Source of the DNA: Candidatus Latescibacterota bacterium
Lineage (GTDB): Bacteria; Latescibacterota; UBA2968
Length of the DNA stretch: 64,000 bases
NCBI GenBank assembly: GCA_965205975.1
Contig: OZ242195.1
Coordinates: forward strand, 3,200,001 to 3,264,000
Reading direction: 5' to 3'
Positions 29,326-38,735 of the stretch are shown here, piece by piece. Numbering within the stretch: the stretch's first letter is position 1; each line of letters begins with the position of its first letter. Both the position numbers and the translations under genes were made by a program. Under the pieces are notes generated by a model that was not told where the DNA came from, searched no databases, and was given only the letters and a program-made list of their open reading frames with translations.

Positions 29326-30226
29326 TCACTTCACCCTTCTCACTTCAGTCCCCGCAGTCTTCTCCGCCACCTTAATCGACGCTGTCTGATCTTCATCGCC
29401 CAACCCCATCCCCATCGCTATGGTCTGAATTTGATACGCCGCCGCGCCCATCAAATTTGTCGCACCCAGTGAAGCGGCCATCTGCGCAGCCAAACCGAGA
29501 TCCTTGTGCGACAACTGCAACTTAAAATAGGGTTCAAAATTTCGCACCAGGGCGCGGCGCTTGAAACTCCCCTGCAAATGCGACGAATTTGCAGCCGTAT
29601 TCGACATCACATTCCACAGCACACCCACATCCAATCCCGCAGCCGCACCCATCGCAAACGCCTCACCCAACAGCGTAGCAACCGAACACGACACCAGATT
29701 ATTGACCAGCTTAGTCGTCACCCCCATGCCCAACTCGCCACAATAAAACTGCTCATCGCCCAGAGTATCCAGCACATCTTGCACAGACGCCACCACATCG
29801 GCGTCGCCGCCAATCATCAGCGTCAATCCCCCCCCGTGCCGCATCTGCCGGACCCTTGCCCACAGGCACATCCAGCATATACCCGCCCTTTTCCGCTGTA
29901 ACCCTGCCAACCTTGCGCGTCGTATCCGGATCAATCGAACTCATATCGATATAAACCTGACCCTCGGACAACCCGGAAACAATACCATCCGGTCCCAAAG
30001 CGACTTGCTCAACAGCCTGTGGCGTCGGCAGCGAAGAAATAACAACCTCCGACTGCTCGGCAACCGCCCGGGGCGTATTCACCCCCGTTGCCCCCTTCTC
30101 CTGCAAAACCTGCACCGCTTCATCGCGCAAATCGTGAACCGCGACATCATAGCCACTCGCAACCAGATGGCTCGCCATCCCACCGCCCATCATCCCCAGT
30201 CCCACATATCCCAATTTTCGTTTCAC
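29326..30226 (-). pseudogene. 3-hydroxyisobutyrate/6PGD-family NAD(P)-dependent oxidoreductase split by a +1 frameshift
   Basis: N-half (GYVGLGMMG...DVPVGKGP) and C-half (LTLMIGG...KLVNN...KDL) are in different frames and join at a G8 tract (C8 at 29828-29835). Confidence 0.8.
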
Positions 30227-30252
30227 TATCTCACCTCTTCAAATGCTAAATG

Positions 30253-30726
30253 TTAATTATCTCTCGGATCCGGATGAATTGGATCAACCCAATACACCTT
30301 CTCCGGCTCTTCAACAACCGGAATATCCAGATTCACCACCACAGGCTCCTGATCGCTACGCACCAGCACGCACTCCAGAGGCTCATCCACACTGGCATTG
30401 ATCTCCTGATGCGGCACATAGGGCGGCACATAGATAAAATCACCCGGACCCGCCTCCGCCACATACTCCAGCTGATCACCCCAGCGCATACGCGCCTTCC
30501 CGCTCACCACATAAATCACACTCTCCAGCGCCCCGTGATGATGCGCGCCAGTCTTTGCATTCGGATGAATCTCAACCGTACCTGCCCACAGCTTCTCGGC
30601 ACCCGCACTCGCCCGATTAATCGCCGCCGCCCGCGTCATCCCCGGCGTCTGCGGCGTATTAAAATCCAACTGATCACCCGTCACCACCCGCACCCCGTGA
30701 TTGCGCCAATCCTTATTTTCTAACAT
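30253..30726 (-). CDS. Cupin-domain protein
   Basis: GAHHHG-x-x-E...G, PGDFIYVPPYVPHQE. Confidence 0.88.
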   Translation of the reverse strand: MLENKDWRNHGVRVVTGDQLDFNTPQTPGMTRAAAINRASAGAEKLWAGTVEIHPNAKTGAHHHGALESVIYVVSGKARMRWGDQLEYVAEAGPGDFIYVPPYVPHQEINASVDEPLECVLVRSDQEPVVVNLDIPVVEEPEKVYWVDPIHPDPRDN

Positions 30727-30749
30727 AACACCTCCATCGCATTATCCAC

Positions 30750-31133
30750 TCACGTATATGCCTCTTCAGCTTCTTTTATTAATTGATCAATCTCCGGTTT
30801 ATACGAGGATATCACAGTATCGGGCAGGTGTTTGTGATGTGGAAAACTCGACAAGTCTGGAAAATGAGGCGTACTATCATAGCGAAAAATCAAGCGATTA
30901 TTCTCGTCTTGACAATGATAGCGATAGTCGAGCGAAACGAGAGAATTGTCTTCTACAACAACAGCTTCGTTAATCTCCAGCAAATGCCCTTGATCGAAAC
31001 GAAGCCTGATACGCAGATTAACCCTTTCCGGCGTGAGTATTTCTTCAACATAACGCTCAACATAAGCATCGCTGCACTGAAGAATAGCCTGCGTCACCTT
31101 CTCTAAGTAATCGGATAGAATCTCATGCAACAT
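30750..31133 (-). CDS. DUF6516/TumE-like toxin
   Basis: YRYH...LIFRYDSTPHFP...FPHHKH. Confidence 0.75.
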   Translation of the reverse strand: MLHEILSDYLEKVTQAILQCSDAYVERYVEEILTPERVNLRIRLRFDQGHLLEINEAVVVEDNSLVSLDYRYHCQDENNRLIFRYDSTPHFPDLSSFPHHKHLPDTVISSYKPEIDQLIKEAEEAYT

Positions 31134-31353
31134 CGGGCAGGAATTTCTCTAATTTTTGACGGAGTTCTAAATAGTGGCGATAATCGTTCGCCCACTCTAC
31201 AAATACAATATCATCTGACAGTTGTCCCCGGCTATACTGGTCAAAGAACTCCTCTGAGTCCATCTGCTGCCGACTCTCATACGTACTTAACCGCTTTGTC
31301 ACTGCAACCAGTGCATCAATGGGCGAAGTATATTGAATAATTTGTTTTCGCAT
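31123..31353 (-). CDS. TumA-like antitoxin
   Basis: L-x-x-YE...MDSEEFF...G-x-L-x-DD...EWA; overlaps toxin start. Confidence 0.7.
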   Translation of the reverse strand: MRKQIIQYTSPIDALVAVTKRLSTYESRQQMDSEEFFDQYSRGQLSDDIVFVEWANDYRHYLELRQKLEKFLPDVA

Positions 31354-31416
31354 GGGAATCTCTCCTTTGTCCAAATACCACAATATACCCAGATAGTGGA
31401 TGAGAATCAAAAGCCC

Positions 31417-32883
31417 TTATCCAATCGCCTCGCGCTCGCGCCAGCGATACATCCGCAAAGCCGGATCACTGGTCTCCACCATCCACTGCTGCAACCGCGC
31501 TTTTAATCGCGCCACATCATCGGCATAATCGGGATCATCAATCACATTATTCATCTCATGTGGATCGTTCTTCAGATCGTACAACTCGTCCTGCCCCGTC
31601 AAATTACACCCGTATTTCAAATCCCCCATACGCAGCATCTTCATCGACGTAGCCACATTGCCCAACCCCAAAAACTCCGTCACCACAGCATCCCGCCAAC
31701 CCGTCGCCTCACCGCGAACAAGCGGCAACAGCGACGCACCGTGAATCGCATCCCCATCGTAATCTCCACCAGCCAGATCCAAAATCGTGGGATACATATC
31801 CGCCAGCGAAGCAAACTCCGCAACGCGCGCTCCCGCATGCGAACCATCCGGCAGCCGGATAATCATCGGAACATGATGCGTCTCTTCAAAATGATGCCAT
31901 CCCTTATCCAGCAACCCCCCGTGACTGCCCAACGTCTCGCCGTGATCCGCCGTAAAAATCAGCACCGTATTGTCCAACTCCCCACTCGCCTTCAAATAAT
32001 CGTACAGCCGACCAATCTGACTGTCGATCATCGACACCCGCGCATAATAATAGCGCACCGCCATCGCCCAATCTTCCCACGTCAAATTTTCCTTATCCCA
32101 GTGAATCTTCAAATGATGCGGACCGGGAATCTCCCGCGAAGGCCACTCGTAATTTCCCCACGGCGGAATCTCCACATCCCGATACCAGTCCAGAAACTCA
32201 CCCGTCGCGTGATACGGCCCGTGCGGACCCCAAAAATTCAAACTGATAAAATACGGCAACTCGCGCTCTCGAAACGACCTGCTCATCTCAATCACATTAT
32301 CCACCAGATACGCCGGTACCGTCGCCTCCGTTGGCACAGTCAACTCACCAACCCCATTGCGGACCCTCGTAGTCGCCTCAGCCCAGGGCTTCACGCCTGG
32401 CTCATACCCCTTTGCCCGCGCCCATGCCCGATAATCCGAATAACTCGAACCAGCCCCGCCGTGCCCGGCAAAATCCTGCCCTTCATACCCGATACGCGAA
32501 GGCGAAGACGGCCTATTCGACCCCTGAAATGTCTGCGTCTTCTCAGAACCGAGATGCCACTTTCCCGTATATCCCGTCCCATACCCCACCGCTTGCAAAC
32601 GCCGCGACAACAGTTCGGGCCGATCCTCCAACTCGTGAACACTACACCCCACCTCGTGGATATTTGACGTAATCCCATGGGTATGCGGATACACGCCCGT
32701 TTGCAGCGTCCCCCGCGCCGGACTACACACCGGATAAACCGTATAAGCATTCTCAAACAAAATGCCCTCTGCCGCAAGGCGATCAATATTCGGCGTGCGA
32801 CAAGGCGTCTCGCCATAAGCCCCCACGCCCGACAGCCGGTGTTGGTCAGTCAGAATAAAAATAATATTGGGTCTATCAGTCAT
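31417..32883 (-). CDS. Cys-type sulfatase
   Basis: RPNIIFILTDQHR, CSPAR, GKWHL, ADHG. Confidence 0.93.
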   Translation of the reverse strand: MTDRPNIIFILTDQHRLSGVGAYGETPCRTPNIDRLAAEGILFENAYTVYPVCSPARGTLQTGVYPHTHGITSNIHEVGCSVHELEDRPELLSRRLQAVGYGTGYTGKWHLGSEKTQTFQGSNRPSSPSRIGYEGQDFAGHGGAGSSYSDYRAWARAKGYEPGVKPWAEATTRVRNGVGELTVPTEATVPAYLVDNVIEMSRSFRERELPYFISLNFWGPHGPYHATGEFLDWYRDVEIPPWGNYEWPSREIPGPHHLKIHWDKENLTWEDWAMAVRYYYARVSMIDSQIGRLYDYLKASGELDNTVLIFTADHGETLGSHGGLLDKGWHHFEETHHVPMIIRLPDGSHAGARVAEFASLADMYPTILDLAGGDYDGDAIHGASLLPLVRGEATGWRDAVVTEFLGLGNVATSMKMLRMGDLKYGCNLTGQDELYDLKNDPHEMNNVIDDPDYADDVARLKARLQQWMVETSDPALRMYRWREREAIG

Positions 32884-32930
32884 ACACTCGCTCCACTTGA
32901 CCTATAATCATTGAATGGTTATCGTTTAAT

Positions 32931-33203
32931 ATGAAAAATTGCTCAGAAATAGGAGGTCATAAGACCGTGAACATTTTTGAAACCAACTGGTATCGAAACA
33001 TCAAATCCAAAATCATTCCTGGTGACAACCTCAGAATCTATCGCCAAAATCACAACATGACCCAGGCGGAATTGGGTCAAAAATTGGGCACTATACCCCG
33101 TCAGCATATTTCCAATATGGAACGAGGCATCCGGACAATCAGTTTAAAAAACGCCCGCAAATTAGCCGACGTTTTCGGTGTATCTCCCGAGAAATTCATC
33201 TGA
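32931..33203 (+). CDS. XRE-family HTH protein
   Basis: LRIYRQNHNMTQAELG...ISNMERG. Confidence 0.85.
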   Translation: MKNCSEIGGHKTVNIFETNWYRNIKSKIIPGDNLRIYRQNHNMTQAELGQKLGTIPRQHISNMERGIRTISLKNARKLADVFGVSPEKFI

Positions 33204-33243
33204 TTAGCGGCCCAGTTTCAGTGCATTCAACCCAATAAATACT

Positions 33244-33576
33244 ATGACACATAAAGGATATGCTGCTCGTATTGAATACAGCGACGAAGACCATTGCTTT
33301 ATTGGTCACATAGCGGGCATCAACGATATCGTGGGTTTTCACGGCGATTCGGTTGCACAACTGCGTACTGCATTTGAAGAAGCTGTAGAGGATTATCTCG
33401 AAACCTGCGAAAAATTAAATCGCCCTCCACAAAAACCCTATTCTGGAAATCTGATGTTGCGCCTTCCCCCAGAAGTCCACGCAGCAATTGCCACAGCTGC
33501 TGAAGTCAGTGGCAAAAGCATCAACCAATGGACAACCGATACACTCGCCGATATCCTGCAGACACAATCATCTTAA
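33244..33576 (+). CDS. hicB: HicB-family antitoxin
   Basis: KGYAARIEYS...FHG...FEEAVEDYL...KPYSGNLMLR...SINQW. Confidence 0.88.
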   Translation: MTHKGYAARIEYSDEDHCFIGHIAGINDIVGFHGDSVAQLRTAFEEAVEDYLETCEKLNRPPQKPYSGNLMLRLPPEVHAAIATAAEVSGKSINQWTTDTLADILQTQSS

Positions 33577-34427
33577 GCCGCCACGGCTTTCTCACCCAAA
33601 TGCGCCTCAATCCACGCCTTCAACGGCACATCCTCGGGTTTGGGTGACGTATATCCAAAACCACCTGAAGGACTCGCCCCCAACAACTGCCTGCGAATGG
33701 GATCGCTGCGCTCCATAAAATGATCCACCGTCATATTGTCGCGGGGTCGCAACCAGCGGTAGCTATAGCCGTAAAACAGCGTACGCCTGGGCGAATTCCA
33801 ATAATTGGTACTGCTCGAATGCCAGATACGCCGATCAAAAATAACCGCACTACCTTTCGGCACACACACCTGCATACCGCCCTCGGGCATCTCCGAGCGA
33901 CTTTCGCCCGGAAACACATTGCCCAGATGCGAACCGGGAACCACAACAAAATTCCCTCGACCAGGCTCTGATGCATCCGTCAAAAAGAACGCCACCTTCA
34001 GCGAAATCCTCGGGCGCGGATTCGTCTCAATATCGAGATTGAGACGACCGCTATCCTGGTGAAACCCAAGCCCCGGTCCATCTTTCTCAAGCGACTTTCC
34101 AGGACCAACAGGAGGTGTCACAATCATGTGAGAATGATAAAGCTGAATATTCCAATTCAGCAACCCCCATACCTTTGGAAAAGTCTTATACCAATCGAGC
34201 AATTCCAAAAACAAATCATCCTGCCCGATAAAATCCAGCATATTCGACCGCTGATCTGGCCCCATGCCCTCTCGCTCTCGATACGCGCCATCCACGCGAT
34301 CTACAACCGGCACCAACTCATCCACCAGATCCTCTGGCAACACGCTCTCAAGAATAAAAAACCCATCGCGTTCAAACTTCAACCGCTCCTCTTCGGTCAC
34401 GCAATAATCCAGACATCTCGCGTCCAT
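33573..34427 (-). CDS. PhyH-family Fe(II)/2OG dioxygenase
   Basis: FERDGF, HQD, VVPGSH, IFDRRIWH. Confidence 0.9.
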   Translation of the reverse strand: MDARCLDYCVTEEERLKFERDGFFILESVLPEDLVDELVPVVDRVDGAYREREGMGPDQRSNMLDFIGQDDLFLELLDWYKTFPKVWGLLNWNIQLYHSHMIVTPPVGPGKSLEKDGPGLGFHQDSGRLNLDIETNPRPRISLKVAFFLTDASEPGRGNFVVVPGSHLGNVFPGESRSEMPEGGMQVCVPKGSAVIFDRRIWHSSSTNYWNSPRRTLFYGYSYRWLRPRDNMTVDHFMERSDPIRRQLLGASPSGGFGYTSPKPEDVPLKAWIEAHLGEKAVAA

Positions 34428-34510
34428 AACAATCCTCTTTTCAAAACTCCGTGTGAGTGGAAAACCCCTCTCCCGATTCCATCACCAGAATACTACACCT
34501 GCGCATCAAC

Positions 34511-35401
34511 TCATACAACCTCCTCTTCAAGCGCTGCCAAACGCGCCTTTTGCTCCACCAGCATGCGCTCTCGCTCGCGCCGAAACTCCGTGTAATACCG
34601 CTCTCGCTTGCCCGTAATGCGGTAATCCAATCGCTCGACACCCAGTGCCCGCAGCACCACCCTCTCCACCAGTGAAAAATCATCGGGATCCTCGCGATTG
34701 AAATTCATCTGCTCTTTAAATGCAACCGGCGGATTCGTAATAAAACGCGGACGCCCCGAAGGATTTGGCGCGGCAGAATGCAACATATACGGATGAATCA
34801 GATACACATCACCCGCATTACCCGTCGCCTCGACAAATTCCTCACATCCCTCAATCATCTTCCCAAACGAACCCGGTTCCAGCCCCTCGGGATGATCGTA
34901 CAAAAACCGCGCAACTTTGGGAACCGAATCCGGCGCGAGATACGTACCGCCGCTATTGGGCAACACATCATCCCACACAACCACCGTCAACAAACCCTGC
35001 TCTGGACTATCCAGAAAATGCCGGAAAAAATTCCCATCCTTGTGCCATCCCCCGTGCTTTGCCGACGGAACCCATGGATCATCGGCATCTTTGTGAAAAT
35101 TAATAATAAACCCATCCCCCCACGAAGGCTCACCCTCAATGCGCTCTGCCCCGCCCATCACATCGCATATCCCATCCCATGCTTTTGGCGCGAGATCGGC
35201 AACTGCCCGTCGGTTCATCGACGGCATGTGAATGCGGTCTTCGACCCAGGTCGTGGGATCATCCCTGTCATACCCCAAACGCAGATACGCCAGATCGAGC
35301 CAATCCTGAATCTCCGCCTTCTCAAAACACCCCTCTAACTTCACATATCCCTTCTCCACAAAATGCGCTGCCTGCGCGTCTGTCAATACCTTGAACGCCA
35401 C
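34511..35401 (-). CDS. PhyH-like dioxygenase
   Basis: FVEKGYV, WHKD, AGDVYLIHP-x-MLH. Confidence 0.8.
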   Translation of the reverse strand: MAFKVLTDAQAAHFVEKGYVKLEGCFEKAEIQDWLDLAYLRLGYDRDDPTTWVEDRIHMPSMNRRAVADLAPKAWDGICDVMGGAERIEGEPSWGDGFIINFHKDADDPWVPSAKHGGWHKDGNFFRHFLDSPEQGLLTVVVWDDVLPNSGGTYLAPDSVPKVARFLYDHPEGLEPGSFGKMIEGCEEFVEATGNAGDVYLIHPYMLHSAAPNPSGRPRFITNPPVAFKEQMNFNREDPDDFSLVERVVLRALGVERLDYRITGKRERYYTEFRRERERMLVEQKARLAALEEEVV

Positions 35402-35430
35402 AACAACCTCCTGTGCAAAATCCTAATTTT

Positions 35431-35481
35431 GGGCAGGTTGAACTGCTACGCAGTTGTACATCGCTCGAAACCCGCCCCTAC
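35431..35481 (-). repeat. GTAG-type REP palindrome interrupted by a GAACTG hairpin element
   Basis: GGGCAGGTT[GAACTG...CGCTC]GAAACCCGCCCCTAC. Confidence 0.65.
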
Positions 35482-36398
35482 TGAACCTTCAAATGCTTAA
35501 AAAAGAACGCCAGCATCGCCTGATTCACATTCCCCGGCGGTGGCGACCCCATCTTCGGCAAATACATCTCCACCTCAACACCCGCTTCATCGCACCGTTC
35601 TTTGATCGCAATTGCATGTTTGGGATGATGAACATAATGACCGCGATTTTGGGGCACCCCACCCCTTTGACTACAAAACAAAAACACAGGAGGGTCATCT
35701 TTTGTAATCAACCCGCGCATATCCACATCCGCCCGAATCTGTTTGCCCTTTTCGGTCTCCGCTTCATCAAATGTAGCCAGGCCGTAAAACGACACATTCC
35801 TGGAATAAAATTTCTCAGCAGGCAAACCGAGCACAGACTCCCATTGAAATATATCATAGGAAAACTGACCATTGCGAGACCCCGCCGCCACAATGCGCGA
35901 AGACTGGCGAAGCACGGGATCTTCACTATCGGGATCGGCCAGATCATCGTGAAAAGCCAGCCAAATCGAAGTCCCCGCACCGGCAGAGCCACCATAAGAA
36001 GCGATGCGTTTGGGATCGACGTGCCACGCTTCGGCATTGTATCTGATAAACTGCACCGCACGCGCCGCATCGCGCAAAATATCCTGTATGGGTGCGGCGG
36101 ATCTGAACCTGTAATTAATCGCCGCAAATGAAACGCCCTTTTCCAAACACGCTTCGACAATCACATTGCCGCGAACACTCCTTTTGTCGCCATTGACAAA
36201 CCCACCCCCGTGAATAAAAATCAAAACAGGTGCTGGTACATCCGACTCGGCCCTCCAAAAATCCAGCACATTGCGCTCATAAGGTCCATACGCCACATTC
36301 TCCAGCGTGGGCGGCGTCCCTTTTCTCTCAGCCTCCTGAGCATATACACCTGTTGCCCCGAGTAAAATAAAGCATAAAATCCATCTCCCAACGCGCAT
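35478..36398 (-). CDS. Secreted alpha/beta hydrolase (esterase)
   Basis: Signal peptide, HGGGF oxyanion hole, GGSAG nucleophile. Confidence 0.88.
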   Translation of the reverse strand: MRVGRWILCFILLGATGVYAQEAERKGTPPTLENVAYGPYERNVLDFWRAESDVPAPVLIFIHGGGFVNGDKRSVRGNVIVEACLEKGVSFAAINYRFRSAAPIQDILRDAARAVQFIRYNAEAWHVDPKRIASYGGSAGAGTSIWLAFHDDLADPDSEDPVLRQSSRIVAAGSRNGQFSYDIFQWESVLGLPAEKFYSRNVSFYGLATFDEAETEKGKQIRADVDMRGLITKDDPPVFLFCSQRGGVPQNRGHYVHHPKHAIAIKERCDEAGVEVEMYLPKMGSPPPGNVNQAMLAFFFKHLKVQ

Positions 36399-36525
36399 TG
36401 CTTCCTCCTGTTCTTAATATCCAGCGATCAACTTCACCCCTACCCCAGTGGATTACTGGCGTTGTGCCTTCGGCGTGGCGGCTTACAACATGCCGCAATG
36501 ACGGTCTTCCTTTCCGCTTCATCCT

Positions 36526-37266
36526 TCACACTTCCCAATATTCCCACATATCATCCGGCGTCTCAAATTGCAACAGATCCCAATTTTTTGTGCTCATGCG
36601 ACTCACCAGAGCCATCCGTATCTGATCGCTGCAATTCGACGTACCGCTGTGAACCATATACCCGTGCCAGATACACGCAGTCCCGGCTCGCCCGACCAGC
36701 TCAACAGGTTCATTCAGATCAAAAATGCGGGTCATATCCCGCTCGACAATACCGCCGGGATGATGCATATTGAGACCCAGCAGGGAATGCGACTTGAAAA
36801 ATTCTGCAACAGTCTTATGACTACCGGGCCACAGTGTAAAACCGCCGCCACGCGGAGCCACATCACTCAGATAAACCGTCACCCCAATCGTGAACCCCAC
36901 GGTTGCACGCTCGCTCTTATTATATCCATCCAGATGTGGCAACTTGATCGCCCACTCATCACTGCCACTCGGATACACCAGAATCGTCGAAGGATCTGCA
37001 TCATCGCTCAAATCGCCAGCCAGTTCCCTGCACATCGCAAACAAATCCGTTTCGTAAAGCGTTGCGCGAATCGCCGGATGATCCCCACAATCTGGACTTC
37101 GCGGCCCAGCATCCACCCATGTCTGCGGATCATCGCGATCAGCTTCAATATAATGCCAAAGCGTATCAACCGCCTCTTGAATTTGACCCTCACGCAACAT
37201 ATTGTGTCGAATGAGATAGCCATTTTCCACAAAAAAAGCTTTATCCTCAACCGTCAACAGTGACAT
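36526..37266 (-). CDS. PhyH-family dioxygenase
   Basis: FFVENGYL, HLD, WPGSH, WHG-x-MVH; start at ATG 37266. Confidence 0.82.
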   Translation of the reverse strand: MSLLTVEDKAFFVENGYLIRHNMLREGQIQEAVDTLWHYIEADRDDPQTWVDAGPRSPDCGDHPAIRATLYETDLFAMCRELAGDLSDDADPSTILVYPSGSDEWAIKLPHLDGYNKSERATVGFTIGVTVYLSDVAPRGGGFTLWPGSHKTVAEFFKSHSLLGLNMHHPGGIVERDMTRIFDLNEPVELVGRAGTACIWHGYMVHSGTSNCSDQIRMALVSRMSTKNWDLLQFETPDDMWEYWEV

Positions 37267-37290
37267 ACCAACCCCTTCCGGAGATTCACA

Positions 37291-38610
37291 ATGCCCAAAC
37301 AACCCAACATCCTCTTTTCCATGTGCGACGACCAGCGACACGACTGCATGGGATGTGCGGGACATCCCTTCATCGACACACCTGCTATGGACCGCCTCGC
37401 CCGTGAAGGCATCCGCTTTGCCAACGGCTTCACCGCCATACCCCTTTGCGCGCCCAGCCGAGCCAGCCATCTTTCCGGTGTTTATCCTCACACCCATCAG
37501 GCAGCACACAACCGCGCACCGATTCGCTCCGACCTCGCAACCTGGCCCGAGCAATTACAAAAAGCCGGATATCGCACGGGCTTCTTTGGAAAAATACACT
37601 ACGGAACCGAAGGCATTGACCTGCCCGGCGGCGACCCCAAACCCGGCTTTGAGCGCTGGGTCAGCTTTCGCGGGCAGGGAGACTACGAAGACCCCATCTT
37701 TATCATCGACGGTGAAGAAGTCAAACACCGGGGATACAACACCGACCTCCTCGCCGACTACGTCGAGCAATTTCTCGACCAGGACGACGACCGCCCCTGG
37801 GCAATCTGCCTGTGGTACAAAGCCCCTCATGGCCCCTTCACCCCACCGCCGCGTCACGCCCATGCCTATTCCGACGACGAACTGCCCAAACCCAATGCCC
37901 TGGGCGCATCTCGCGATGGCAAAGCCAGAACCCTTCGCGAACGTCCTCACAGCTTCGAAGACAACGAACGCTACGACACCTTTATGCGCAACTACGTACG
38001 CACCGTGCGCGGCGTCGATGATGCCCTGGGCCGGGTGCTCGACAAAATTGATGCCATTGGACAAACCAACAACACACTCGTCGTACACACCAGCGACCAC
38101 GGCTACTTCCACGGCGAATTTGGCCTCGGCGACAAACGCTGGATGTATGACCCATCCATCCGCGTGCCCTATCTCATGCGCTATCCCGACCTCATCGCCA
38201 ACCCCGGGCGCGTAGAACACACCGACGCAATCAGCCTCGACATCCCGGCAACCATCATGGACGTATCTGGACTGGGCGTACCCGATCACTACCACGGCCA
38301 CTCCCTGCGACCACGCCTGACCGACGAAGGAGAATTACCTCGAGAAGACCTCTTCTTCGAATACTTCGAAGACCCGCCCTATCCCTATTTCCCAACAATG
38401 GTCTGCTTGAGAACCCAAACCGAAAAACTCATCCACTACATCCGCGAAGGCGAAGGCGACGAATATTACGATCTCGTCAACGACCCCGATGAATACACCA
38501 ACGCCATCGCCGACCCCGCTTATGCCCATCGCGTGGCCGACATGCAAAAACGGCTTTCAGACGCCCGGGAACGCTTTGCATTCACCGTTCCAGACCTGTC
38601 GGGCTACTAA
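37291..38610 (+). CDS. Cys-type sulfatase
   Basis: QPNILFSMCDDQR, CAPSR, SDHG. Confidence 0.93.
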   Translation: MPKQPNILFSMCDDQRHDCMGCAGHPFIDTPAMDRLAREGIRFANGFTAIPLCAPSRASHLSGVYPHTHQAAHNRAPIRSDLATWPEQLQKAGYRTGFFGKIHYGTEGIDLPGGDPKPGFERWVSFRGQGDYEDPIFIIDGEEVKHRGYNTDLLADYVEQFLDQDDDRPWAICLWYKAPHGPFTPPPRHAHAYSDDELPKPNALGASRDGKARTLRERPHSFEDNERYDTFMRNYVRTVRGVDDALGRVLDKIDAIGQTNNTLVVHTSDHGYFHGEFGLGDKRWMYDPSIRVPYLMRYPDLIANPGRVEHTDAISLDIPATIMDVSGLGVPDHYHGHSLRPRLTDEGELPREDLFFEYFEDPPYPYFPTMVCLRTQTEKLIHYIREGEGDEYYDLVNDPDEYTNAIADPAYAHRVADMQKRLSDARERFAFTVPDLSGY

Positions 38611-38622
38611 GCGAATTAAGTT

Positions 38623-38657
38623 AAAAGCAACCACAGATGAACACAGATGAACACAGA
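38623..38657 (+). repeat. CACAGATGAA decamer repeat element, identical to 646-680
   Basis: AAAAGCAACCACAGATGAACACAGATGAACACAGA at both sites; degenerate copy near 56897-56929. Confidence 0.85.
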
Positions 38658-38735
38658 GTAAAAAACTAACATGTAGCGATCAGCTTTCAGCTTTTAGCTC
38701 CCCACTCAACACACCACAACCCAAAAGGAACACCC

